Source of the DNA: Nitrospirota bacterium
Lineage (GTDB): Bacteria; Nitrospirota; UBA9217
DNA length: 64,000 nucleotides
Direction of reading: 5' to 3'
NCBI GenBank assembly: GCA_963790205.1
Contig: CAWBNQ010000006.1
Span: 32,001 to 96,000, forward strand
Below, in pieces: positions 20,678 to 31,082 of the stretch. Position 1 is the first letter of the stretch. Each line of letters begins with the position of its first letter. Under the pieces are notes generated by a model. The model made no database searches and was not told where the DNA came from. It was given only the letters and a program-made list of their open reading frames with translations. The position numbers were made by a program, and so were the translations under genes.

Positions 20678-21985
20678 TCATGCCGCTTTTTTATTCGCGG
20701 CCTCATCCTCCTGTTTGAGATATTTCGGATCAAAGCATTCTTTTTTTTTCATCAGCGTCCAAGCGATAACCAGGAGCTTCGCGGCCAGCTTGACGCGCAT
20801 CTTTGTGACGATGCCTTTCTCCTTTGCCCGGCCCTTGAGCTTGTTCGTAAAGTAGGTGATAAAGTCCTTGTTCTTAAGCGAGGCGATAAATGCCGCCTGA
20901 TACAGTCCGTAGCGGAGATCGGCCTTGCCTTGCTTGGAGATGACCGGTATCGCGCTGGTGGACTTCTTGCCACTTCGATCCGCGCACAGGTCGAGGCCTG
21001 CCATTTTCAATACCTGCTTGGCGCTCGTAAAGCGGCGTGGATTTCCAATGGCCCCAAGCACCTTTGAGGAAACATCCGGTCCGAACCCCGGAATGCTCAG
21101 CAAGTAGGTGTACTCCGGAAATTCCATGCAGGCATCTTCGAGTTTTTCCTCCACCGACTTGATGGTTTGCCTGATCTGCTTCAGGCCGTCCACCATGACT
21201 TGAGCTTCGAAAGACGCCGCTTCTCCCATAGTGCAGCCGATGGAATCAACCGCGGCCCTCCAGATCATTCCCACCCTGCGGCCCTTCGCCAGCGTCATTT
21301 TGCCCGGCGCGACGGTGCGGCAGAAGGCATCGTATTCCATGCCGGCGATCTCCGAGGGGTCAAGACATTCCCTTACCACCGTCAGGGTTTCCGATGGGCC
21401 GTAGTGTTGGTCCAACTCGGGGAAATACTGCGCGATGAGGTGATTGCGAACACATACGCTCATGCCGTGTTCCCTTCTCTTTAAACGCCGTTTGAGTGCG
21501 ATCAGGACGCGCACGTTCCGCAGTGTCATCAGGGGGTATTCGTAAAACAGGCACTTCCCCTGGGCGATAAGATCTGCGACGTTTGCCGCGTCTTTGACGT
21601 CATGTTTGTCCCAGCGGCCGTCCAGAAGCTGCCGGTTGTTCTTGACCGCGACGCCTCCCACGAGAACGACCATGTGCCCGCACTTGATCAGATGCTCCGC
21701 CAGGGGCTTGTGATAGTTCGCCGTCGGCTCGATTCCGAAAACGACCGTGGTCAGGCTATATTGAACTTTGATTCGCTCGACATAGGCGAGCAGCTTTTGA
21801 AAGCCTTCAAGCGTGTTGTCAAAGACCAGATTCTTAACCAGCGTTTTTCCGCGTGCCGTACCGAAAAAAGCGTTGTGCTTCTCCTTGGCCGCGTCAATGC
21901 CGACGATCAAATGCTTTTCCGAACCGCGAATTTCTTTCTTCAGTTGAAGAAACTGCTCAAGTCTGATATCATCTACATAATTCAT
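20678..21985 (-). CDS. IS110-family DEDD recombinase
   Basis: GIDAAK, GIEPTA, KHDVKDA, SIPGFG and GL....RSG motifs. Confidence 0.92.
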   Translation of the reverse strand: MNYVDDIRLEQFLQLKKEIRGSEKHLIVGIDAAKEKHNAFFGTARGKTLVKNLVFDNTLEGFQKLLAYVERIKVQYSLTTVVFGIEPTANYHKPLAEHLIKCGHMVVLVGGVAVKNNRQLLDGRWDKHDVKDAANVADLIAQGKCLFYEYPLMTLRNVRVLIALKRRLKRREHGMSVCVRNHLIAQYFPELDQHYGPSETLTVVRECLDPSEIAGMEYDAFCRTVAPGKMTLAKGRRVGMIWRAAVDSIGCTMGEAASFEAQVMVDGLKQIRQTIKSVEEKLEDACMEFPEYTYLLSIPGFGPDVSSKVLGAIGNPRRFTSAKQVLKMAGLDLCADRSGKKSTSAIPVISKQGKADLRYGLYQAAFIASLKNKDFITYFTNKLKGRAKEKGIVTKMRVKLAAKLLVIAWTLMKKKECFDPKYLKQEDEAANKKAA

Positions 21986-22161
21986 AGGAACCTCCTGCCA
22001 CAAGAATTTAGTTTCGCTATAAACTTATTCTTAGCAGGAGGTTTCTATTTTGGGTAGTCTTGAAGATAATTTTCCCTATACTTTAATGGGAGAATCTAAC
22101 CTCATGCTCTACCCATATATAACGTAGTGTCCGAAGTGTACTTTCGGACGAAGTCTAACTA

Positions 22162-23262
22162 ATACAAACGCACTAAGTAATGTTACAAAGTCGCCTGACT
22201 TTGTGCTTTGACCACGAGTCAAGCGTCCTTTGGACCGTTGCCCAGATTGCGTCAAGGTTATCAAACCACCGGTTGGTAGTTGATTCATAGCGAATCTGGC
22301 GCCATATGCGTTCCTGCATATTCAAGGCAGGCTGATATGGTGGTAAGTACACAATCCGGAGTCGTTTATGCTTTCTGAGAAACTCCCGGATTGGGTCACC
22401 CCTATGCCAACGAGCTCGGTCAACATACAGCCAGATAGTGTAGCCACGAAGCTGGCTATAAAGGTGCCGCAGCACTTTGAGAAAACCTTCTCGGTTGCCA
22501 CGTTCCGTTTGGATGACGCCGGCACGAGCCAGAAGAGGAGCCACCCAGCCGGAAACATTCAAACGTTTCTGATGCTGGCTGGTTGTCGGCACTTTCAACC
22601 GTTTCCCGATGAGCGCCCAGCCGCGGCCAAGCCGAGGGTGCAGAGTAAAACCGCATTCGTCCTGAAAAACCACAGTTTCTTTAGGACCCAGCGTTTTGAG
22701 TTTTTTTTAGGCTCCTGGCAAACTTCTTCGCGTCTTCTGCCTTTGCCTGGAGATAAACGTGATTGGCTCGCTTTAACCGATACCCAAGTTGATGCATCCA
22801 GTATTGGGCCTGACGGACTTTCAGCTTTATCCCGAACTGGCGCTGTAAATGAGTTGCCAAAGTGGGGCCATCCCATCGAATACGATTTAAGCCGAACTTC
22901 TGGGGCGATTCCTCCAGTTGAAGCTCTAGCTGAGCTACGATCTTAGGAGTCATCCGAACTGGACGGCCTGACTGCTTTTTCGGGACAAGGGCTTCTACTC
23001 CGTCCTTGTTTACCGCCCGCGTCCAGCGGTTTACGTTCATCCGGGTCTGGCCTAGGACTTCTGAGATCCACCCCGGTCGTTGACCCTCCATTACCAAGAG
23101 GAGGGTAGCTATCTTTATGCCGATCCAAGCTCCTGGCACCTTCTCTGCGAGGGCCAGCAATTGCTCTTTGGACACCTTTATTGGGCTTGCAGGGGATGTT
23201 TTCATGCCCCCAGAATAACATAAAGTATGGTTAAAGTGTAACAATATTTACTGCGTTTGTAT
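22162..23262 (-). mobile_element. IS630-family element
   Basis: TIR ATACAAACGCA / TGCGTTTGTAT with flanking TA duplication. Confidence 0.88.
22173..23205 (-). CDS. IS630 transposase in two ORFs joined by a slippery A8C site near 22705
   Basis: orfA HTH (SGRP, W....L); orfB FQDECGF, VDRARWH and LPPYQPALNMQERIW motifs. Confidence 0.85.
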
Positions 23263-23279
23263 TAATTGGAGAATATCGC

Positions 23280-24830
23280 GTGCCTTATTGTCCAAATCCG
23301 GAGTGCCCGTTCAGAAAACGCTTCGGCGAATCCGCCGAGTACAACCAGGGCACGGCCACGTGTTCTGATTGCGGCACGGCGCTTGTAGCCGATGATCCGC
23401 TCGGGAGGACGGTCAAGCAGAAGAAGGAATTCAGGATGCGCGATGTCCATAAACGCCTCCTGTGGACGCTGGCTCTCCTGGGCTTCTGGACCATCGTGCG
23501 CCATTTTCCCCTGCCGGGCCTCGAGGGTGAAGGCCTGATGCGATGGGCGGCATTGGCGGGGAACCTGGGTCTTCGTGTTTCTCTATTCTCTTTAGGCCTC
23601 ATGCCATACATCACTGCCTGCGTTATCGTTGAGGTCGCCGCATTGCTCGTGCCCCCGTTCAAACAATGGCGTTCCAAGGGCGGGGCGCCTGGTAGAGCGC
23701 GGCTTACACGGGCCGCGATTTTTTTAACTGTTGTGATCGGGATCGTCCACGGCCGCGCTCTCGTTTGGCAATTAGGCAGTATGGCCGATGGTCACGTGCT
23801 TGTTGACAACGGGACGGCATTCAAGTCGCTCCTCGTCCTGACGCTCGTTGCCGCGATGTTTTTTATCATCTGGATAGCCGGTCAGATATCTACACGGGGG
23901 TGCGGTCACGGAATCAGCTTGATACTACTGTCCGGTATGGTGGGAGGGATCCCGCACGACTTCGTGAATGCCCTGCACCTCTACAAGAAAGCGCTTTCCT
24001 CCCCTCAATTTATCATGCCAATGGTGGCGCTTGCCGGCGCGATCATGCTGATAGTCTATATAGAGAGAAGCACCAGGCAAGTTCCGATACGGTATGCCGA
24101 CGGTACGGAGACAACGTTTCCCATTAAACTGACCACTGCCGGAACAACACCGGTTTCGTGGGCGTATTCACTTCTCGTGATCCCCATTTTATTCGTGCCT
24201 TTCAATGTAGCCATTAATGCGGCAACCCGTCCTGTTTCGGCCTGGATCACAGGACATCTCTATCAGGGCTCGCCTGTACACACCGCGGCGAGCGCCATCC
24301 TGATCTTTGTCCTTTACTTTGTTTTTTCGGCCCTGTTCCACAATCCGCGCGAGATGCTCGACTATCTCAGAGAAAGAAATGCATCCGTTCTTCCGGACGA
24401 GACAGAAGGAAAACGGGATATCTACCGGGGATTGGAAGGCATGGCATTTATCGGCAGCTTGTATCTGGTCCTCGTGTTTTTGTCGCTTCAGGTTATCTGG
24501 TGGCTGTTGCAGACGGAGGTCACCCCGGTCAACGGGGTCTCGTTGATCGTAGCAGTATGCATAGCGCTCGATCTGACCGGCGAACTGCTTTTCCGATGGC
24601 GCTCGGACAGCCTTGTACGCATTGCGGAATTCCACGAACCCTGGAAAGCCGGCCTGCTTCGCTCTCTTTTGGAAAAAGAAAAGGTACCCTGTATCGTACG
24701 GGGATATTATCACCGGTCCCTTCTGTATCTATTCGGCCCCTACATAGAGATGCCCGTTCTTGTCGCAGGAAGCAATGAAAACGCCGCGCGGGACGTAATG
24801 AGAAAATACATTGGATCATCTCCTTCTTGA
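23280..24830 (+). CDS. SecY-like paralogue with N-terminal Zn ribbon and C-terminal DUF2007-like domain
   Basis: SLFSLGLMPYITA, WIAGQISTRGCGHGISL and PIKLTTAG..P SecY-like motifs; CPNPEC..CSDC; AGLLRSLLEKEKVPC tail. Confidence 0.75.
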   Translation: MPYCPNPECPFRKRFGESAEYNQGTATCSDCGTALVADDPLGRTVKQKKEFRMRDVHKRLLWTLALLGFWTIVRHFPLPGLEGEGLMRWAALAGNLGLRVSLFSLGLMPYITACVIVEVAALLVPPFKQWRSKGGAPGRARLTRAAIFLTVVIGIVHGRALVWQLGSMADGHVLVDNGTAFKSLLVLTLVAAMFFIIWIAGQISTRGCGHGISLILLSGMVGGIPHDFVNALHLYKKALSSPQFIMPMVALAGAIMLIVYIERSTRQVPIRYADGTETTFPIKLTTAGTTPVSWAYSLLVIPILFVPFNVAINAATRPVSAWITGHLYQGSPVHTAASAILIFVLYFVFSALFHNPREMLDYLRERNASVLPDETEGKRDIYRGLEGMAFIGSLYLVLVFLSLQVIWWLLQTEVTPVNGVSLIVAVCIALDLTGELLFRWRSDSLVRIAEFHEPWKAGLLRSLLEKEKVPCIVRGYYHRSLLYLFGPYIEMPVLVAGSNENAARDVMRKYIGSSPS

Positions 24831-24954
24831 GTGGGTCGAAAAGACAGATGATGTCAACCGAGACAACACGCTTCCAGCTGCTTCAACTGGTCGCTTGTGG
24901 ATTTTTTTTGCACATCCCTTTCGCGTCCTGAATGAAATTTCTGACCCGTCTAAG

Positions 24955-25267
24955 GCCACGTCCGCTCGCCCGTGCAAACTCGGCCTGCGGCCTCAGACAT
25001 GCGCGTTCGCCCTTCGGGACGCTGCCTTAGGCCTTGACGGGTGCCCAGAAATTTCATAGGGCCGCTCCAGGGACGTGCGGGGTTTGGGGTAAACCCCATG
25101 CGAAGATCCAGGCAGGCGACCGAGTCCGAGGGTGAAGCATTTCGGACTGTCTGAGCCCGAAGGGCGAGTTTCCGAAATGTACCGAGGGCGACCGAGCATG
25201 CCGTAAAGGATATTCGCCGGGTGCCCTTCTTTGGGTCACCTTTCTTGGGCACGCAAGAAAGGTGACA
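24955..25267. repeat. Structured non-coding element with two inverted related halves
   Basis: aactcggcctgcggcctcagaca resembles the reverse complement of tgtctgagcccgaagggcgagtt; terminal hairpin gtcacctttcttg..caagaaaggtgac. Confidence 0.6.
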
Positions 25268-25340
25268 AGGGCAAATATATCATTAACATGACCCGCTCAG
25301 ATGGGAGAAGACCCAATACTTTAATCAGGAGTGAATGACC

Positions 25341-25649
25341 ATGATCAACGTCGTAGCTTCGATCCGGGTGAAGGCAGGCAAGCTTTCCGAGTATCTTGCG
25401 ATCCTGAAAGCCAATATGCACGTAGTTCGAAAGGAAAAGGGATGTATCGAATACGTCCCCACAATCGACGTTGACTCACAACTGCCGCCGCAGGTCCTCG
25501 ATAAGAATTGCGTCACTCTTCTTGAGAGGTGGGAGAGCCTGGAAGCGCTCCATGCGCATCTCGCATCGCCCCATATGCTGGCTTACCGGGAAAAGGTGAA
25601 GGACCTGGTCGAGAGTGTAACGCTCAAAGTACTGCAGGAGGTAAAGTAA
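25341..25649 (+). CDS. Putative quinol monooxygenase (ABM domain), copy 1
   Basis: VRKEKGCIEY and ERWESLEALHAHLASPHM motifs. Confidence 0.88.
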   Translation: MINVVASIRVKAGKLSEYLAILKANMHVVRKEKGCIEYVPTIDVDSQLPPQVLDKNCVTLLERWESLEALHAHLASPHMLAYREKVKDLVESVTLKVLQEVK

Positions 25650-25673
25650 ATCTCGTCTCGCTATGGAGGTTCC

Positions 25674-27545
25674 ATGAAAAAGATTGTTTTGCTTGCCGTG
25701 TTGTTGCTGATGCGTCTTTCAGTTGCCGTTGCCGAACCGATGTCGGATGCCGACATACCGTTCCGCTATACGAGCGATTCCATCGAATATGACGTGAATG
25801 CGGACGGTTCGTACACGGACACGCAACGATGGTCGACGATCGTTTTAAAGGATAGCGCCTTGCAGGGCTGCAAGTCGGCGTCCGTCACCTTCAGCACGAG
25901 CGTTGCCAAGGGCGAGATACTGGAGGCCTATACGCTCAAACAGTCGGGCAAGCGGATCGACGCGCCGAAAAGCAGTTATCAAGTATCCACGAACGACGGC
26001 TACGCAAGCGGTTCCCCGCTCTACTCCGACGAAACGACGATCACCGTCATGTTTCCGGAACTCGCCGTGGGCGATACCACCGTATTTACGTACCGCGTCA
26101 CCAACCGGGAGGGGATGTTTCCGGATCAATTTTCCATTTACCGCGTATTCTCCCGCTTCCAGGCATATGACGATGTTTCCATCAAAATCACCGCGCCGCG
26201 GACGATGCACGTGCGGACGAAACAATATTTTCTTTCAGCGCAGCCGGTCGTCGAAAAAGACGGCAAACAGATTCTCCAATGGTCATTCCAAAACAGGAAG
26301 CCCGAAAAATGGACGCCCGCGGACACCGGGATCGCCATCGTCGGAGACGAGCCCAGCCTGTACGTTTCCACGTTCGATAGTTATCGGCAGATCGCGGAAG
26401 CATACGCCAAGCGGGCCGTGCCCAAGGCCGCTGTTACGGAACGCGTGAAAGCGCTTGCGTCTCAAATAATCGGTGATAGGCGGACCCCGGAGGCGCGGGC
26501 GCGCGCCCTCTACGACTGGGTGGCCAAGAACATCACCTACGGCGGCAACTGCATCGGGATCGACGCGGTCGTGCCCCGCGACATCGACGTTGTCCTGGAT
26601 AACAGGATGGGAGACTGTAAAGACCATGCCACGCTGATCCAGGCGCTCTTTGCAGCCGAAAACATCGAAAGCGAACCGGCGCTGATCAATGCCGGCGACA
26701 TGTACGAACTGCCTCCGGTGCCCGTGGTCGGCGCAGTCAATCACGTGATCAATTATGTTCCCGGTATGAAGCTGTTCCTCGATTCGACCGCCTCGTACGT
26801 GCCGTTTGGAATGGTCCCTGCCGCGCTCGGGGAAAAGCCCGTGCTGCTGGTGTCGCACTTCCGGGACGGTGCCAGGGTCCCCAGCACGGCCCAATACGGG
26901 CACGAACAAATCATGCGCACGAAAATCCGGATCAATCCCGACGGGACCGCCACCGGTACGACGCAGATCAGCCTGAAAGGCGATCCCGCGATCGGCGCGA
27001 GATATTATATGCGGCGGCTGCGGGGCGATCAGGAGGATTACATGGTCCGGGCGGTGCTGCGATCACAGGGCGTTCACGGCACCGGGACCATCCTGAAAGA
27101 CGATCCCGCGGAACTGCTGGATGCGTACGAGTACGGGTTTACCTTCAAGCTGGAGGACCTGATCGTTGCCGCAAGCACGATCGGCATGCCGATCCAGCCG
27201 GTTGTATCCAGCTCATTGCCGATCTCGGCATTCGTGAGAGGAGCGTATGAACCGACTCCCAAGAAGGCCAATGTATGCTCGGGCGGGCACAGCGTGGAAG
27301 AATACGACTATGTGTTTCCCGCATCGATCACGATCGTCGGCTATCCCAAGGATTTCACCTTCTCCAGTCCCGCCATCGATTACACGGCAACGTATCGAAA
27401 ATCGGGGAATTCCCTGGTCATTAAACGCGAATTGCGCGACAAGACCGCAACGAATGTGTGCACGCCCGGGTATGAAGACGAATATCAAAAAAGCGCTCGT
27501 GCCATCATGCGGGACATAAAAGCCCAGGTGCTCCTGCGCGAATGA
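25674..27545 (+). CDS. Exported DUF3857 + transglutaminase-like protein
   Basis: Signal peptide; GDCKDHA, NHVI and LDST catalytic-triad pattern. Confidence 0.85.
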   Translation: MKKIVLLAVLLLMRLSVAVAEPMSDADIPFRYTSDSIEYDVNADGSYTDTQRWSTIVLKDSALQGCKSASVTFSTSVAKGEILEAYTLKQSGKRIDAPKSSYQVSTNDGYASGSPLYSDETTITVMFPELAVGDTTVFTYRVTNREGMFPDQFSIYRVFSRFQAYDDVSIKITAPRTMHVRTKQYFLSAQPVVEKDGKQILQWSFQNRKPEKWTPADTGIAIVGDEPSLYVSTFDSYRQIAEAYAKRAVPKAAVTERVKALASQIIGDRRTPEARARALYDWVAKNITYGGNCIGIDAVVPRDIDVVLDNRMGDCKDHATLIQALFAAENIESEPALINAGDMYELPPVPVVGAVNHVINYVPGMKLFLDSTASYVPFGMVPAALGEKPVLLVSHFRDGARVPSTAQYGHEQIMRTKIRINPDGTATGTTQISLKGDPAIGARYYMRRLRGDQEDYMVRAVLRSQGVHGTGTILKDDPAELLDAYEYGFTFKLEDLIVAASTIGMPIQPVVSSSLPISAFVRGAYEPTPKKANVCSGGHSVEEYDYVFPASITIVGYPKDFTFSSPAIDYTATYRKSGNSLVIKRELRDKTATNVCTPGYEDEYQKSARAIMRDIKAQVLLRE

Positions 27546-27569
27546 TTCGTGGAAGCATTCGAGGGACGT

Positions 27570-27640
27570 TGTGTCCGAAAGTGACTTTATTGTCCAAATC
27601 CGGAGTGCCCGTTCAGAAGACGCTTTGGCGAGTCCGCCGG
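27570..27640 (+). pseudogene. Decayed duplicate of the SecY-like gene start and its upstream DNA
   Basis: ttattgtccaaatccggagtgcccgttcagaa is identical to about 23286-23317; gtgtccgaa.gtg.acttt resembles 22127-22144. Confidence 0.7.
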
Positions 27641-27727
27641 CTCTTGACATGGTTTCCTACAGGACTTTTAGGAGTTCATCTCACGGCCTGATATTTTTTT
27701 ATTCAATTATCAAATGAGGAGCCGACC

Positions 27728-28036
27728 ATGATCAACGTTGTAGCTTCGATCCGGGTGAAGGCAGGCAAGCTTTCCGAGTATCTTGCGATCCTGAAAGCCA
27801 ATATGCCAGCGGTGAAAAGGGAAAAGGGATGTATCGAATACGTCCCCACAATCGACGTTGACACAAAACTGCCGCCGCAGGTCCTCGATAAGAATTGCGT
27901 CACTCTTCTTGAGAGGTGGGAGAGCCTGGAAGCACTCCATGCGCATCTCGCATCGCCTCATATGCTGGATTACCGGGAAAAAGTGAAGGACATGGTCGAG
28001 AGTGTAACGGTCAAAGTAGTGCAGGAAGTCAAATGA
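27728..28036 (+). CDS. Putative quinol monooxygenase (ABM domain), copy 2
   Basis: Near-identical to 25341-25649. Confidence 0.88.
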   Translation: MINVVASIRVKAGKLSEYLAILKANMPAVKREKGCIEYVPTIDVDTKLPPQVLDKNCVTLLERWESLEALHAHLASPHMLDYREKVKDMVESVTVKVVQEVK

Positions 28037-28100
28037 TCACCGGCTGCGGCACGCTCATCGTTTTTCTCGCAGTACTTACATGAGCGGTAACTTAACTTCC

Positions 28101-28128
28101 TTGACATGATTCTGCAATCGCATATAAT
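28101..28128 (+). promoter_or_regulatory. Sigma70-type promoter
   Basis: TTGACA-16 nt-TATAAT upstream of 28163. Confidence 0.7.
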
Positions 28129-28162
28129 CATGCCATCCTATCTTTATCTTCGGGAGGGAACA

Positions 28163-29278
28163 ATGGCTAAGTCTTTCCGCGGCAAATTGATCGTTCTGCT
28201 CTTCCTTCTGATGGTCCCTGTGTCCTGCAATAACAATAATAACCAGTCTCCCTTGACCGTTCCCGATCTAACATGGACGCTTTCCACGATCGACAGCGCC
28301 GGATCGGTCGGGGTCGCGTCTTCGATCGCGAGAGATTCAAAGGACAAAATGCATATCAGCTATTACGACGGCACCAACGACGCGGTAAAGTATATTTCCA
28401 ACACGACCGGGACCTGGTCGTCTTCGACCGTAGACACCACTATCGGCAATGTTGCGGGCAACGTCAGTACCGCGATAGCAGTGGACTCGACGGACAGGGT
28501 ACATATCAGCTACGGGAGCTATACCCGCAATAAACTCATGTATGCGACTGTTTCAGCCGGCACCTGGACCACCTCTACGGTGGACAGCGCGACCATCCGC
28601 CATACTTCCATTGCAACCGATTCGCTTAATAACGTACACATCAGCTATTACGACCAGGGAACGGGCGCATACAAGTACGCCACCAATGCGACCGGTTCGT
28701 GGGTCACCACGACCCTTGATACGTCATTCTCAGAAGGTTCTTGTTCGATAGCAGTCGATTCGAGCGATAAGGTCCATGTGGCCTATATCGGATCGAGCAC
28801 GGGGGCCAACAATGATGTGATGTATGCAACGAATGCCTCGGGAACATGGACAAGATCAACGATCGTTCCGGGGGGGTCGGACAGCGTATCCGGGGTGTCG
28901 ATCGCCAGGGATTCCCAGGACAAAATGCATATCAGCTATTATGGTGCGGGCAATGCCGGACTGATGTACGCGACGAATGCTTTTGGCGCGTGGACAACGG
29001 AAGTGATAGACAATAGGGCATCCGCCGGACTTGTCTCGTCGATCGCCGTGGATCCGCACGATAACCTGCATGTTGCATACAGCTACTTTGCGTCCGATGG
29101 AAACTATTTGATGTACGCTACGCGGGAGGACGGCGTCTGGTGGTCATGGACTCTCGACAACGTCGGCGTTATGGGCTTCTCTTGCTCGATAACAGCGGAT
29201 TCCCATGACAGGCCGCATATCAGTTATTGGGACGGGAATTTCCCGAATCAGGACCTGAAATATGCGACTGCTGAGTAA
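28163..29278 (+). CDS. Lipoprotein with beta-propeller-like repeats
   Basis: PVSC lipobox; seven SIA.DS.D..HISY....L.YA...G.W repeats. Confidence 0.8.
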   Translation: MAKSFRGKLIVLLFLLMVPVSCNNNNNQSPLTVPDLTWTLSTIDSAGSVGVASSIARDSKDKMHISYYDGTNDAVKYISNTTGTWSSSTVDTTIGNVAGNVSTAIAVDSTDRVHISYGSYTRNKLMYATVSAGTWTTSTVDSATIRHTSIATDSLNNVHISYYDQGTGAYKYATNATGSWVTTTLDTSFSEGSCSIAVDSSDKVHVAYIGSSTGANNDVMYATNASGTWTRSTIVPGGSDSVSGVSIARDSQDKMHISYYGAGNAGLMYATNAFGAWTTEVIDNRASAGLVSSIAVDPHDNLHVAYSYFASDGNYLMYATREDGVWWSWTLDNVGVMGFSCSITADSHDRPHISYWDGNFPNQDLKYATAE

Positions 29279-29404
29279 CCCCGACCGGGAAAAAGCCGGG
29301 GCACACCAAGTTAATCGGAACCTCATAGGTGCCCTTTATATGGTTATCAGGGCTTTACTGTTTGACTTTACTTTTTTTATTTCCATCTTCTCTTCCTGAC
29401 ACCT

Positions 29405-30041
29405 ATGCGATCGAATGGTCCGATAACCCGCCGTCAGAAGGCGCGGCCGCAGCATCAGCGCAGCAGCGTTGAGGTCGACGTCGAGTCGCTCCTGTCGCTC
29501 GAGAACCGCTGCAGCGGCTGCGCCAAAGGCGAGCGGTGCTGCTGCTCGTCGTACGAGGTCTGCGTTACCACGGCGGAGCTCAAAAGGATCATCAAGGTCC
29601 TGCCCGAGGCCGCCAAGCTCTGCCCCCATCTCCTGACCGCGGGCGGCTACGACAACGTGTTCGAGGAAGAGGAACCCGGGCTTTTTTCCATCGACACGAC
29701 CGAGGACGGCCTCTGCCTCTTCGCCTACTGGTCCCACGGCCGGACCCGCTGCTCCCTGCACACCGTCGCCAAGACGCTCGGTCTGCCCCTGGAGCAGGTG
29801 AAGCCGAAGGTCTGCCTTCTCTGGCCCATGCACTTCTCGGAAGGTCGTGAGGTCCTTTCCATGATCAACGACGCTTTTCTGTTCATTTGCAATGTTCGGA
29901 AAGCGCCGGGTTCGCGGCAGTCTGAGCCCCGGCTTTGTCGAGGCGATCGAGCTGGTGTACGGAGAGGGATGCGGGACCCAGGTGAAGCACGCGGCGAAGA
30001 ACGGGGAGCGGCGCGCGCTTTTGGTTGCTCGGAGGCAGTAA
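29405..30041 (+). CDS. Cys-rich DUF3109/YkgJ-like metal-binding protein, probable frameshift near 29915
   Basis: CSGC..CC, CLF, CSLH and KPKVCLLWP motifs; tail SLSPGFVEAIELVYG.. in another frame. Confidence 0.6.
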
Positions 30042-30189
30042 TGGACAGTGCGGAGTGCGCGTGAACCAAAAAAAGGTTTGAGGCTCCGCGTGAAATGGGT
30101 TCTTTTTTAGCTTTTGACTTTATCCGCGTTCCTTGCTAATCTGTCGTCCATTAACCGGCGTTCCACGGGAACAGGAAAGAGGCAATTGG

Positions 30190-31039
30190 ATGGACCAGGC
30201 TCGCATCGTATTTACCCGGTTCGACGGGGACGGCAAGAACATGTTCAACGACATTTATGCCATCGACCGCGGTGGTCAGAATGAGACCCGGCTCACGACG
30301 AACCCTGGCGCGGACGGGGAATACATCGACAATGCGGCGCCCCGGTACAACAGGGACCGGACCATGATCGCCTTCGTGAGCACGAAGAACAATCCCCGGA
30401 AATTGTACAACATCTTCTTCATGGACCTCGCGACCCGGAAAACGGCCCAGATAACCACGGGAGATCTCAATATCACGAGCGTTGACTGGTCGGCCGATGA
30501 CAGCCGTCTCGTCTTTTCCGGCGTTGACGAAAGCGGGCTCCAGCAGGTGCACACGGTCAATCTGGACGGGACGGGATTCACCAAGCTGACGGCAGGGCCG
30601 TCGGAGCACATGAACCCGATGTGGTCGCCCCGAGACGACCTGATCGCCTTCGTCGAGTTCCCGCCGGGCGCCGCTTCTTCCCAGGTCTGGGTCATGGACC
30701 CCGCTGGCAGGGACCGGAGGAAGCTCACGACGGACGACGTGCTGCATTCGAACCCGTCCTGGTCGCCCGGACGGGTCGTGGCTCGTTTACCGCTGCGACC
30801 TGGGCACGCCCCATCTCCGCAGGATCAATGTCGACACCGGGGAGATCGTGCTCTTCGAGCCCCCTGCGCGGGGAGCTGATTCGTCTCCCATCTGGTCCGG
30901 AAAAGAGATCGTCTTTTCCAGCAACTGCGACTGGGAAGAGGCTGAATCGATATTCAATCTCTACCGGATGTCCGAAACGGGAGAGAACATCCAGCGCTTG
31001 ACAACGGGGCAGGCTTTTGAATATTGCGGGGACTGGTAG
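30190..31039 (+). CDS. TolB-like PD40-repeat protein, frameshift near 30770
   Basis: Repeated P.WSP/WS.D..IAF units; WSPDGSWLVY is restored by removing one base. Confidence 0.8.
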
Positions 31040-31082
31040 GTTAAAGACAGTGCGGAGCGGGGAATGCGGAATGCGAAGTGGG

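Larger units (their letters stand above)
20359..22124 (-). mobile_element. IS110-family element
   Basis: TATAACG shared at both ends (20359-20365, 22118-22124); no TIR; the LE copy at 14361 supports the boundary. Confidence 0.8.

Noticed and set aside
16201..28036. Diversity-generating retroelement TR/VR pairs (Rhs or ABM duplicates)
   Set aside because: No reverse transcriptase; the differences look largely synonymous and are not adenine-specific
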